DNA of 64,000 bases. Source: Candidatus Iainarchaeum sp. (GTDB taxonomy: Archaea; Iainarchaeota; Iainarchaeia; Iainarchaeales; JAAZKV01). A model generated the notes under the pieces. That model was not told the origin of the DNA and did no database searches. It saw only the letters and a list, made by a program, of their open reading frames with translations. Shown piece after piece: positions 30,620-39,541 of the stretch (the first letter of the stretch is position 1; each line of letters starts with the position of its first letter). The DNA lies in the NCBI GenBank assembly GCA_026397015.1, contig JAPLVR010000003.1:32001-96000 (forward strand), written 5' to 3'. A program made the translations under genes and the position numbers.

Positions 30620-33400
30620 ATGGGAAAAACACTGAAAGCGCCGATTTTTTTATTTTTAATACTTATTTTTTTAATCCCGGGAATTTTTGCCGGCAGCGCA
30701 TCCATAAACACTTTTGATTTGAATGTCGCTTCTGCGACAACACTCTCGGGAGTCAAAGCAACTTTGACATATTTGAACACGGGCGATTTTAATGCGCTCT
30801 GCTTCAACACATCGGATAGCAGTTCGGGCAGCACATGCCAAGAAGGAGATTTTGGGGCTTTTCCAAGTTTAACTTTGGATTACTCTCTGATAAGCGGGAT
30901 GTCTTCTAATGCACAAGAAGGAAGCCACACAATTTACGCATTTGTAAAACAGGATGACGGCGGTTATTCAGCATCGACATCCAAAGGGCTGGTAATTGAT
31001 GCAAGCGCCCCGACATATACTGTTTTTCCGGCAAATAATTCAGACCATAATGTAGGCACATTAACTTTTGATATTAATTTTACCGATTCGTCTACCCCTG
31101 TTGTTTCGCTGATAAAATTGAACGGAACCACAACAATAACTGACGGATCCTCATTGAGCCCCAGTGACGGAACGCACACAATTACAATTGATGCAAACGA
31201 CGCGCTCGGAAACGCCATGGCAACAGCTACAATTACTTTCAGAGTAGATACTAACGCACCGACATCCGCGAGCGTCAGTTCGGCAAATTCTTCTTCATAC
31301 ACAAATAGCAGCACACCCACAATTACCGCGAGCGCCACGGACACAGTTTCGGGAGTCGACGGCGGGCAAATAGCGCTTTCGTGCAAGCCGACCGGCGCAT
31401 GGTATGTAAGGTCGTATGCAACGACGATTACTGATTTCAACATAGTTTTAAGCAGCTACGACTGCAACACGAGCGATGGAAATAAATTGATTTATGTTAA
31501 GTTCAAAGATGCCGCTGGCAACTGGACAACAAGTTCTGTTATTACGAACGCACTTATTGACAGGACTGTGCCGAGCGCGCCAAGCGGATTAAGTGCGACT
31601 GTTGGAAACGCACAGGTTGAATTGAGTTGGAGCGCTCCGGCTGCGGACAGCCTTCCAGGATCGGGAAACGCAGGATATAAAGTGTATAAAGACAATGCTC
31701 TTTACGCCACAGTTACTAGCGCAACAACCAAAACAGTTACAGGACTAACGAACGGCACAAGTTATGGTTTCAAAGTTAGAACTTATGATAATGCGGGAAA
31801 CTTGAGCGAAGCAACCGCGGATGTAAATGCGACGCCTTCGGCTGGGCCTGTTGCGAACGCAACCATCACAGTGAAAAGAGGAACTGCGGCGCCGAGTTAT
31901 GTGAAAAACGGTGACGCTTTAACAGTAACATGCTCTTTCAGCTACGACGTTAATTCCGCAAGAATTTATTACAAATACAGAAATCCTGACCAGGCACAGG
32001 AAATCCTCGAAGGGCCGACAAGCAATGTATCTTCAATAGAGGATACGATAACTCTTGCAAGCGGGTACACAAGCATTGACTTCTGGTGCAATGGAACACA
32101 ATACAGCGCAACGGTTTCTTCCTCAACAAATTCAATTTCTTTCGACAACACCGGACCGACAATTGCATGGTCGGATGCGAATGACACCAATGCAGAGTGG
32201 AGCGGCACGAAAATCGCAGTTGTTACTGCAACGGACGACAAAGGAATGGACACCGTTGAATTCGAACTGAACGGCATAAAATACGGCGCGACAAAAGAAA
32301 CAGGCACCACAAAATATTCTTACAGCTTCAACACAAAGGATTACAACAACACTTCATACACCCTAAAGGCAATCGGCAAAGACATGGCGGGAAACACAAC
32401 CACAATAACAAAATCAATAACGATTCACAACATACTTAATGCAACGCAAATGGCAGAAGAGGCAATTGCGCAGGCAAAGGCAAAAAAAATTATTGTGGAG
32501 GATTTGATGAAGTTTTTTGCAACAGAAGGGCTGGTTTTCCCGGTGAATCTGGTGACAGAAAAGAGTGCGGCAGACCTGCTGTTGAAGGATGCGGAAGCGA
32601 TAAAAAACAGCGACAGCAACAAGGCGACCGAAAAAGCGAATTCCGCAAAAGTTAAGTATTCAGAAATAAATAGCGCCGCTGCAATATCCTCAGACGAAAC
32701 AAAAACAAAATTTTATGAATATGACTCAAACAATCTGGTTGAAATACTTTTGAAAGCAGGTTTGAATCAGGACCAGGCCGACGAAGCCAACAAGCTGATA
32801 ACCGGGACAAAAGCAACCAGAAAATTAGTAATAGTAAAAGTTGGAAATGATGCAAACGCGGGATATCAGGCAAAAATAGAAATAACTTTTACGAGCGATA
32901 CAAACGACAGCACGCTGAAAATTGTTGAAATTATTCCGAAAGAGTTTGCGCAAAAAGCCACGCAGATTTTCTCCGACTATAATTTTGTAATAATCAACAA
33001 TGACCCGATAATAGAATTCACCGTTCCGGTAACAAAAGGCAAGAGCGTAAAAATTTCCTACGGAATAGGAAACATAACAAAAGAACAGGCGGAAGGAATG
33101 ATTTCAAATAATCTTGTCGCAAAATTTTCCAGCCCGCCGATAATAATTTCGGCAAGAACAAATGTTGCCGGCACACTGGGCGGTTTTCCTGACATAGTCG
33201 GAATACTTATGTGGGTCGGGATAATACTCATCGTTTTGATTGTTGCCGGCGGGATAATTTACTTCTTAATGCAAAAAAAATCGCCGCCTCTGGGAAAGGA
33301 CAGTTCGATAGCGGGCACGGTAAAAGACGCTGTTGTCGATAAAATAATCGCCCCTGAAAACAAAAAAAGCGAAGAAAACCAAATATGGGAGCACAAGTAA
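30620..33400 (+). CDS. Cell-surface glycoprotein: signal peptide, Ig-like/fibronectin-III domains, helical stalk, C-terminal TM anchor
   Basis: Signal peptide, DxAGN Ig-like repeats, an FN3 domain (LSWSAP...VTGLTNGTSYGFKV), many NxS/T sequons and a TM followed by KK near the C-terminus. Confidence 0.9.
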   Translation: MGKTLKAPIFLFLILIFLIPGIFAGSASINTFDLNVASATTLSGVKATLTYLNTGDFNALCFNTSDSSSGSTCQEGDFGAFPSLTLDYSLISGMSSNAQEGSHTIYAFVKQDDGGYSASTSKGLVIDASAPTYTVFPANNSDHNVGTLTFDINFTDSSTPVVSLIKLNGTTTITDGSSLSPSDGTHTITIDANDALGNAMATATITFRVDTNAPTSASVSSANSSSYTNSSTPTITASATDTVSGVDGGQIALSCKPTGAWYVRSYATTITDFNIVLSSYDCNTSDGNKLIYVKFKDAAGNWTTSSVITNALIDRTVPSAPSGLSATVGNAQVELSWSAPAADSLPGSGNAGYKVYKDNALYATVTSATTKTVTGLTNGTSYGFKVRTYDNAGNLSEATADVNATPSAGPVANATITVKRGTAAPSYVKNGDALTVTCSFSYDVNSARIYYKYRNPDQAQEILEGPTSNVSSIEDTITLASGYTSIDFWCNGTQYSATVSSSTNSISFDNTGPTIAWSDANDTNAEWSGTKIAVVTATDDKGMDTVEFELNGIKYGATKETGTTKYSYSFNTKDYNNTSYTLKAIGKDMAGNTTTITKSITIHNILNATQMAEEAIAQAKAKKIIVEDLMKFFATEGLVFPVNLVTEKSAADLLLKDAEAIKNSDSNKATEKANSAKVKYSEINSAAAISSDETKTKFYEYDSNNLVEILLKAGLNQDQADEANKLITGTKATRKLVIVKVGNDANAGYQAKIEITFTSDTNDSTLKIVEIIPKEFAQKATQIFSDYNFVIINNDPIIEFTVPVTKGKSVKISYGIGNITKEQAEGMISNNLVAKFSSPPIIISARTNVAGTLGGFPDIVGILMWVGIILIVLIVAGGIIYFLMQKKSPPLGKDSSIAGTVKDAVVDKIIAPENKKSEENQIWEHK

Positions 33401-33487
33401 ATTCAAAACCCAACTATTTAAGCACCACAAACCATTTCCCGACAAAAGCAAAAATATTAATTAGAGTCGCATCTTATATTACTCGAA

Positions 33488-34636
33488 ATGGACACTATTG
33501 CAATAATAGGCGGCGGGCCGGCAGGGCTCCAGGCGGCGGTGCGGCTGCGGGAACTCGGCTTCGAAGCGACTGTTTTTGAAGAACATGAAGCGATAGGCCT
33601 GCCCGAGAATTGCGGCGGCCTGATTTCAAGGAGCGGAGTGAAAGCGCTTGGGCTTGATTTGGGAGAATGCCTCCAGAATGAAATAAGGGGTGCAAAAATA
33701 TTTTCTCCGAACGGAACGATGCTGAAAATTTTATGCCCGAAGCCGGTCGCATACGTCATTGAAAGAAAAGAATTCGACCAGATGCTTGCGCGCAAGGCAA
33801 AAGAAAAAGGGGTAAAAATCGCCCCGCACTCAAGGTTGATTGATATTCACGGGCAAAGCCTTTTTTTCAAGTCGAAGGAAAGGGGCGAGCTAAAAAAGGC
33901 GGAGTATGTTATCGGAGCAGACGGAGTAAATTCAGCCGTGCGGCAGCTCATGGGAACAAGCATTTCGGGCCAAAATTTTATTCACACCGCACAGGCCACC
34001 TGCACCGGCAATTTTGAAAAAGAAACGGTGGAAGTTTACCTCGGAAATTTTGCAGAGGGCTTTTTCGGATGGATGGTCCCAGTCTCAAATGAAAAAGCGC
34101 GAATCGGCCTGGGATGCAGGCTTGGGAAAAATCCGGCGGAAAATCTGCAAAAATTTATTTCGCAGAAATACCCCGACGCGAAATCTTATGGCACAAAATC
34201 TTCGCTAATTCCATGCGGCGCACCTCTTACCGGCACACAGCTGCAAAAAGGAAACATGATGCTTCTCGGTGACGCCGCCTTCCAAACAAAAGCCACCACC
34301 GGCGGGGGAATAATTTTCGGGATGAAGGCGGGAAATATTTTGGCGGAAACGATTGCGGAACACTTAAAACACAAAAAACCTTTGAGTCAGTACGAAAAAA
34401 ATTTAGCGCCGCTGAACAAGGAATTGAGAATGCACTGGAAAATAAGAAAATATTTTGACGGAATGAAAAATGGGGAAATTGACGCGCTGATTGCAAAACT
34501 GAAGGCGAAGGGGATTGAAGAATTTTTGGAGAAGGAAGGCGATATGGACAATCCCTCAAAATTCGTCGGAAAACTTGCAGGCAGGCCGAAGTTCTGGTTC
34601 ATGGCAAGGACGCTGCTGGACATCGCGAGAAGCTAA
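33488..34636 (+). CDS. Geranylgeranyl reductase family flavoprotein
   Basis: IIGGGPAG, CGGLIS, RKEFD, IGADG, LLGDAA...TGGGI. Confidence 0.92.
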   Translation: MDTIAIIGGGPAGLQAAVRLRELGFEATVFEEHEAIGLPENCGGLISRSGVKALGLDLGECLQNEIRGAKIFSPNGTMLKILCPKPVAYVIERKEFDQMLARKAKEKGVKIAPHSRLIDIHGQSLFFKSKERGELKKAEYVIGADGVNSAVRQLMGTSISGQNFIHTAQATCTGNFEKETVEVYLGNFAEGFFGWMVPVSNEKARIGLGCRLGKNPAENLQKFISQKYPDAKSYGTKSSLIPCGAPLTGTQLQKGNMMLLGDAAFQTKATTGGGIIFGMKAGNILAETIAEHLKHKKPLSQYEKNLAPLNKELRMHWKIRKYFDGMKNGEIDALIAKLKAKGIEEFLEKEGDMDNPSKFVGKLAGRPKFWFMARTLLDIARS

Positions 34637-34697
34637 AAAGACCATTTCACGATTATAAATCCGCTTAAAAATATTGCGCTTTCTAACTTTTTCTAAT

Positions 34698-34855
34698 AGC
34701 CCCATCGTCTAGTGGCCAAAGAAATTCAGGCGCAAAGCGTTGACTGATTTCTGCCAAAAGGATGCAAGCCTCTGGCTTTCATCGCAAAAGACGAAAGTTT
34801 GAAGCGAGTTGAAAGAAGCTAGCTTGAGACCCCAGTTCAAATCTGGGTGGGGCTA
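34698..34855 (+). tRNA. tRNA-Gln(CTG) with two introns (34719-34758 in the D-loop; 34776-34820 at 37/38)
   Basis: Acceptor stem AGCCCCA/TGGGGCT, anticodon arm CAAGC-CTCTGG|A-GCTTG, T arm CCCAG-TTCAAAT-CTGGG. Removing both BHB-flanked inserts gives a 73-nt cloverleaf. Confidence 0.92.
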
Positions 34856-34943
34856 TTATTTTTTTATTTCAAATTTCTTAGGAGTTACAATTATCACATC
34901 TTTCACAATATCCAAAAAGAATAACCAAAAAAAAGATTCTTAT

Positions 34944-35639
34944 TTACTTCCCAAATCTTCTTCCACGTGAATTGTACCCCTCAATTATTTTATCGATGTC
35001 CTGTTCCGTGAGCGCGGGCCAATACTTGTCAATGAAAGCCAATTCAGAATAAGAGCTTTGGAATGTGAGGAAACCCGAAAGGCGCTGTTCATTCGAGGTG
35101 CGCACAATCAAATCCGGCTCCTTGAAATCCGCATACAAATATTTTTTGAAAGAATCAATTGAAAGCGCTTCCGGATTTGTTTTCCCAAGCTTTGCATCGA
35201 GGGCGAACTTCTTCGTAGCGTCAACTATTTCTGTTTGGCCGTCATAGCCGAGGGCGAGATTGATTGTTTTCTCATTGAATTGGGAAGTGTATTTTTCAGC
35301 TTCGAGCATTTTTTTCTGTATAATCTTTGGAAATTTTTCCCTCTGGCCGATAAAATTCAGCTTTATCCCATTCTCCCGAATTATTTTCCTTTCTTTTACT
35401 TTATCCAATTCTTTCTCAAAAATTTTCATTAAAACGCTCAGTTCAACCCTGCTTCGCTCAAAATTTTTCAAAGAAAAAGTGTAGAAGGTTCCTGTTTTTA
35501 TTCGCGGGTACTTTGTGAGCCAACCCAAAACATCCCACGCCTTTTGGGTGCCGAGATAATAGCTCTCAGCCAATGTTACTCCCGCCTGCTGGGCGTAACG
35601 CCTATTGCCATCGGGAATAAAGGCTATTGATTCAAGCAA
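34944..35639 (-). CDS. uppS: cis-prenyltransferase (polyprenyl diphosphate synthase)
   Basis: IPDGNRRYA, YTFSLKN, ALGYDG, PDLIVRTS..QRLSGFL. GGTGA RBS before TTG. Confidence 0.95.
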   Translation of the reverse strand: MLESIAFIPDGNRRYAQQAGVTLAESYYLGTQKAWDVLGWLTKYPRIKTGTFYTFSLKNFERSRVELSVLMKIFEKELDKVKERKIIRENGIKLNFIGQREKFPKIIQKKMLEAEKYTSQFNEKTINLALGYDGQTEIVDATKKFALDAKLGKTNPEALSIDSFKKYLYADFKEPDLIVRTSNEQRLSGFLTFQSSYSELAFIDKYWPALTEQDIDKIIEGYNSRGRRFGK

Positions 35640-35771
35640 CAATCTCACCAAACAAAATAACAAATTGTTAAGTATTAAAAGGTTCTGTTACTCTTAAAAA
35701 TTTGAGCCAATAAAACCGTTCGAAGATTGTACCAATCCACGACTTAAATACTGGGGACACGCTGCATTATA

Positions 35772-35805
35772 TGAAACTTTTACCGCATGTGAAACTTTTA
35801 CCACA
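35772..35805. promoter_or_regulatory. Direct repeat TGAAACTTTTACC(G/A)CA x2 upstream of a promoter
   Basis: Copies at 35772-35787 and 35790-35805 (18-bp period), just upstream of the TATA-like CATATAAAA preceding ATG 35848. Confidence 0.5.
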
Positions 35806-35847
35806 ACAGAAAACCATATAAAACCCAAAAGCGGACTATTTATTGAT

Positions 35848-37629
35848 ATGAAAAAGCTGTTAATCGCATTGTTTCTAACAGTAACAATGCTTTTTTTTCT
35901 CGGGTGCACCCAACCACCTGTTTGCGGCAACGGGTTTTGTGAAACAGGAGAAACACCTGAAAACTGTCCTGCGCAAAATGGGGGAGATTGTCCGCCAATT
36001 AGCTTGTGCGGAAACGGAACGTGTGATGCCGGAGAAACTTACCAAACCTGCCCAGAAGACTGCGGACAGCCGCCTGAATGCAGAACAAATGATGACTGCC
36101 CGACAATATGTGATGGCAATATCACACTACTAACCAATTGTGTCAATGGCATGTGTGAGGAACCCCAGATACACATTGGATGCAAAATTGGAAGCTGCGA
36201 CGCACAATGCGGAACCGACGCGGACTGCAACGAAGGGCAAAAATGCGACACACACAAATGCACGTGCGGACTTGACACCAACGGCGTAAAAGCGGTTGTA
36301 CTCGTGGACAAGAGGCTTTATTCGCTTTTGAAAAGCGAAATCGACAGGTATGTGGAACTTGCAAAAAGCAGGAGGCAATTCGGCATACTTTTGGACAATA
36401 ATAAGAACTTAGACGATTATGCTTTCGAGGAAGTCCGAGGGCTCATTAAGAAATACAAAAAAGAAAACCCTTACATGGAGGGGGCGCTATTCATTGGAAA
36501 TATTAAATTGCCCTCATTTTACAGTTCCAGAGGGGACAACGAACAAATAAGACTCTGGCCGGCATATTACGAAAGTTTGAATTTGCAATTAGATAAATTT
36601 TATCAAGATAATGCCACCGTGCCCCCCTGTGCACCGGACATCTTGGAATTTTCCCAAGAATGGTGCGAAACCACCCAGCCAAAACCAGTTCCAAAACACG
36701 ACTTTGATTATATAAAAAATTATCCTGCAGCGCCAGATATTTGGACAGCTTACATTCCAGTTGGCGAAATTGGGGCCAATTCTTACCAAGACTTTGCAAA
36801 CCAGTTGAAACCATACTTTTCAAAAGTTTTAAAATTTTACAACAGGCAATATGCCCCAAATGAAAAAATGTACGAATTATCAAGCGACCTGTTCGGTGGA
36901 GACCTGAACTGGTGGCAAATGTATAGCCCGATAACAAAAATGGACTTTTATGCGATGAATCCGGACAAAAAAGACCAAAATTTGCCGTACATTGGCTGCT
37001 GCAGAAGGCTGCCGGAAGAAGGCTGTGACAAATGCAGGCGGCCAATTTCAGAGTGCCTTGTAAGGGCACCCCTCGAAAACTACTCAAATTTTGAGGCATT
37101 CAAAAAAGATTACGACAGCAGAGCTGGCATGGACACAGATTGCTGGATGGGCGACGGGTCAATTTACATAGAACATATGCAACAAAACAGCTACGAATTC
37201 GTTCTCGTGAATCAGCACAGCTATGGAGGATACTCAGTAATTTCTAGCGAACAGGCAAAAAACCTTACCAATGGCGGAATGATAATGATCGGTGAGGGCT
37301 GCTCGGTTGCAGAATTCAGGCAGCCGAACTCGTCTTCGTATGTTGATTCGGGCTTTACTGCAGCTGACAACATTTTATTGAGCTATATATATGGCTCATC
37401 AAATTTTCTTGCAGCAATGGGTTCCCCGTTTAACAGGGGCCATTCGTCACAGCCAGAAATATTAATTGACGCAATGAAAAACAACGGAGATTATTTGGGA
37501 AAAGCACATTTCAAAAGAATGCAACGCTTATACGTTCTTGCAACTAATGCATACGAGCAAAAAGAACAAATGAACGAAATGCTGCTTGGGGACCCTTTCC
37601 TTGACACTGAATCATCCTTATCAAACTGA
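35848..37629 (+). CDS. Lipoprotein with Cys-rich CGNGxC repeats and a C-terminal peptidase C25 (gingipain)-like domain
   Basis: Lipobox FLGC, CGNGFCETGE/CGNGTCDAGE and CxxDxDC repeats. GALFIGN, PDIW, candidate dyad NQHS...GEGCS and terminal LLGDP. Confidence 0.75.
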   Translation: MKKLLIALFLTVTMLFFLGCTQPPVCGNGFCETGETPENCPAQNGGDCPPISLCGNGTCDAGETYQTCPEDCGQPPECRTNDDCPTICDGNITLLTNCVNGMCEEPQIHIGCKIGSCDAQCGTDADCNEGQKCDTHKCTCGLDTNGVKAVVLVDKRLYSLLKSEIDRYVELAKSRRQFGILLDNNKNLDDYAFEEVRGLIKKYKKENPYMEGALFIGNIKLPSFYSSRGDNEQIRLWPAYYESLNLQLDKFYQDNATVPPCAPDILEFSQEWCETTQPKPVPKHDFDYIKNYPAAPDIWTAYIPVGEIGANSYQDFANQLKPYFSKVLKFYNRQYAPNEKMYELSSDLFGGDLNWWQMYSPITKMDFYAMNPDKKDQNLPYIGCCRRLPEEGCDKCRRPISECLVRAPLENYSNFEAFKKDYDSRAGMDTDCWMGDGSIYIEHMQQNSYEFVLVNQHSYGGYSVISSEQAKNLTNGGMIMIGEGCSVAEFRQPNSSSYVDSGFTAADNILLSYIYGSSNFLAAMGSPFNRGHSSQPEILIDAMKNNGDYLGKAHFKRMQRLYVLATNAYEQKEQMNEMLLGDPFLDTESSLSN

Positions 37630-37747
37630 ACCTATTTAAAATAGAAAAAAATTTTCACAAAACTATCCTATTTAAAAAAACTTTTTAAGAAGTATTTTAA
37701 GAAAGTCATTAATTTTATTTGAACTTTATTTTTAGGGGGGAAATGCC

Positions 37748-38290
37748 ATGAAAAAAGTCGATAAATATCCTGAAACGAAAAAAAATTTGTGGGCGGCTTT
37801 TGCCGGCGAAAGCCAGGCGAGGAACAAATATGATTATTTCGCAAAGGAATTCAGGAAGGCGGGCTACGAACAAATTGCTGCTATTTTCGAGGAAACCGCG
37901 CTGAACGAAAAGGAACATGCGAAAATGATTTGGAAACTCCTCGGAGAGAATGAAAGAGGACTTGAAGCATTTTTAGATGCGGCAATCGCGGGCGAGCACT
38001 ATGAAACAAGTCAGATGTATCCTTCATTTGAAAAGGTTGCGAAAAAGGAAGGGTGCGAGGATACGGCAACATTCTTCAAAGAAGTCGCGGAAGTCGAAGC
38101 GCAGCACGAAAAGAGGTATAAGGCATTAGCGGAACATTTGAAGGGAAAGAAAACTTTCAGGGAAGAGAAAGAAATAAAATGGAAGTGCAGAAACTGCGGT
38201 TACATTCACACTGGAAAAGAAGCACCTGAAAACTGTCCGTGCTGCAAACATCCGAAGGCTTACTTTGAAAGGCTCTGCACAAATTACTAA
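37748..38290 (+). CDS. rbr: Rubrerythrin
   Basis: AFAGESQARNKY, NEKEHA, EAQHE and a C-terminal rubredoxin-like CRNCG...CPCC. Confidence 0.95.
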   Translation: MKKVDKYPETKKNLWAAFAGESQARNKYDYFAKEFRKAGYEQIAAIFEETALNEKEHAKMIWKLLGENERGLEAFLDAAIAGEHYETSQMYPSFEKVAKKEGCEDTATFFKEVAEVEAQHEKRYKALAEHLKGKKTFREEKEIKWKCRNCGYIHTGKEAPENCPCCKHPKAYFERLCTNY

Positions 38291-38338
38291 CTAATAAAAA
38301 ATACCAAAAATAATTTCCAACTACAAAAAGGGAATAAG

Positions 38339-38977
38339 ATGGGAAAGCCTAAGCTCTGCATTCCGACTAATATTGAAATTAGGCGAAATATTTCAAGCGC
38401 ACTGCGCAGTTTCAAAAAAACATGGAACTCGGATGAGAAGATTTTTGAGGAACTGTGCTTCTGCCTTTTGACGCCGCAGAGCTCGGCGAAGCAGGCGCTC
38501 AAAACAATCGAGCTGCTCAAGGAGCACAAACTTCTTTTTAGGGGAAGCGCAAAGCAGAAGGAAAAATTCCTTAAGAATGTGAGATTTTACAAAACAAAGG
38601 CGGTGCGGTTGGAGGAGGCGCAGAAAAAATTCCCGAAAAACAAAATCAAAAAAATCTTAATGCAAAATGGGCTCCCTTCGAACCCCCTGAAGTGCAGGGA
38701 ATTTCTGGTGCGGGAAGTGAATGGCTACGGTATGAAGGAAGCGTCGCATTTTTTGCGGAATATCGGCTTCGGCGAGGAGGTGGCAATACTTGACAGGCAC
38801 ATTTTAAAAAATTTAAAAAGCTGTGGCATCATTGGGGAATTGCCGAAAACGCTTGCACCGAAAAAATACCTTGAAACCGAGCTGAAGATGAAAAGGTTTT
38901 GCAAAAGGCACGCAATTGATTTTGGCGAACTGGATTTGGTTTTTTGGAGCAATGAAACTGGAAAAGTATTAAAGTAA
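38339..38977 (+). CDS. ogg: 8-oxoguanine DNA glycosylase/AP lyase (Ogg2 type)
   Basis: ELCFCLLT, GYGMKEASHFLRN, AILDRHIL, LDLVFW, terminal KVLK. Confidence 0.93.
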   Translation: MGKPKLCIPTNIEIRRNISSALRSFKKTWNSDEKIFEELCFCLLTPQSSAKQALKTIELLKEHKLLFRGSAKQKEKFLKNVRFYKTKAVRLEEAQKKFPKNKIKKILMQNGLPSNPLKCREFLVREVNGYGMKEASHFLRNIGFGEEVAILDRHILKNLKSCGIIGELPKTLAPKKYLETELKMKRFCKRHAIDFGELDLVFWSNETGKVLK

Positions 38978-38980
38978 GAA

Positions 38981-39469
38981 TCACTTAATTTCTTGGAATT
39001 CGCCCAATTTCTTATTTTTTTTAACATTGTTCCATGGAAAAATTTTTCCGTTCATTATCACGTAGATTCCTTTTCTGAGTGACTGAACCGCTATCACTCC
39101 CCCCCCCAAATTAAACAAGGCGTCCGAATTATCTTGATTATACGGGGCCATCGCGCCCAAAAGAACCACTGTTTTTCCCTTCAAATTTTTCCCCAAAATT
39201 TTTGCGGTTTCACACATTGTATCGGTCCCGTGCGTTATTATGATCTTTTTATTTGCGCAGGACTTGCACCTTTTCAAAATTTTCTCCCTGTCTTTGCCAG
39301 TCATGTACAAAGAATCTTTCATCATCAAAACTTCCCTGTCAATCTTAACTTTGCACCTTCCTTGCTTCAGCATGGCGGGCAGGTGCGATTTTGAAAAAAC
39401 ATATTTGTTGCCTTTTTTTATTTGCTCGCAGTCAATAGTCCCGCCCGTGGCGAACAATTTAATTTTCAT
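38981..39469 (-). CDS. Short asparaginase-domain protein
   Basis: ATGGTID and ITHGTDTM catalytic motifs. The C-terminal asparaginase domain is absent. Confidence 0.88.
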   Translation of the reverse strand: MKIKLFATGGTIDCEQIKKGNKYVFSKSHLPAMLKQGRCKVKIDREVLMMKDSLYMTGKDREKILKRCKSCANKKIIITHGTDTMCETAKILGKNLKGKTVVLLGAMAPYNQDNSDALFNLGGGVIAVQSLRKGIYVIMNGKIFPWNNVKKNKKLGEFQEIK

Positions 39470-39541
39470 AGGAATGAAAGGCTGCAAAACGCTTTAATAT
39501 CCTATATGCTAATTTTGGGGCAACGAAACGGGGGGTTTGTT

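Noticed and set aside
34726-34747. Nested micro-intron within intron 1 (4-bp helix, TGA bulge, AAA loop)
   Set aside because: Only half of a BHB is present, and an ordinary hairpin explains it.
34830-34943. Integrated element at the tRNA 3' end
   Set aside because: No integrase and no duplicated tRNA 3' end was seen. uppS follows directly.
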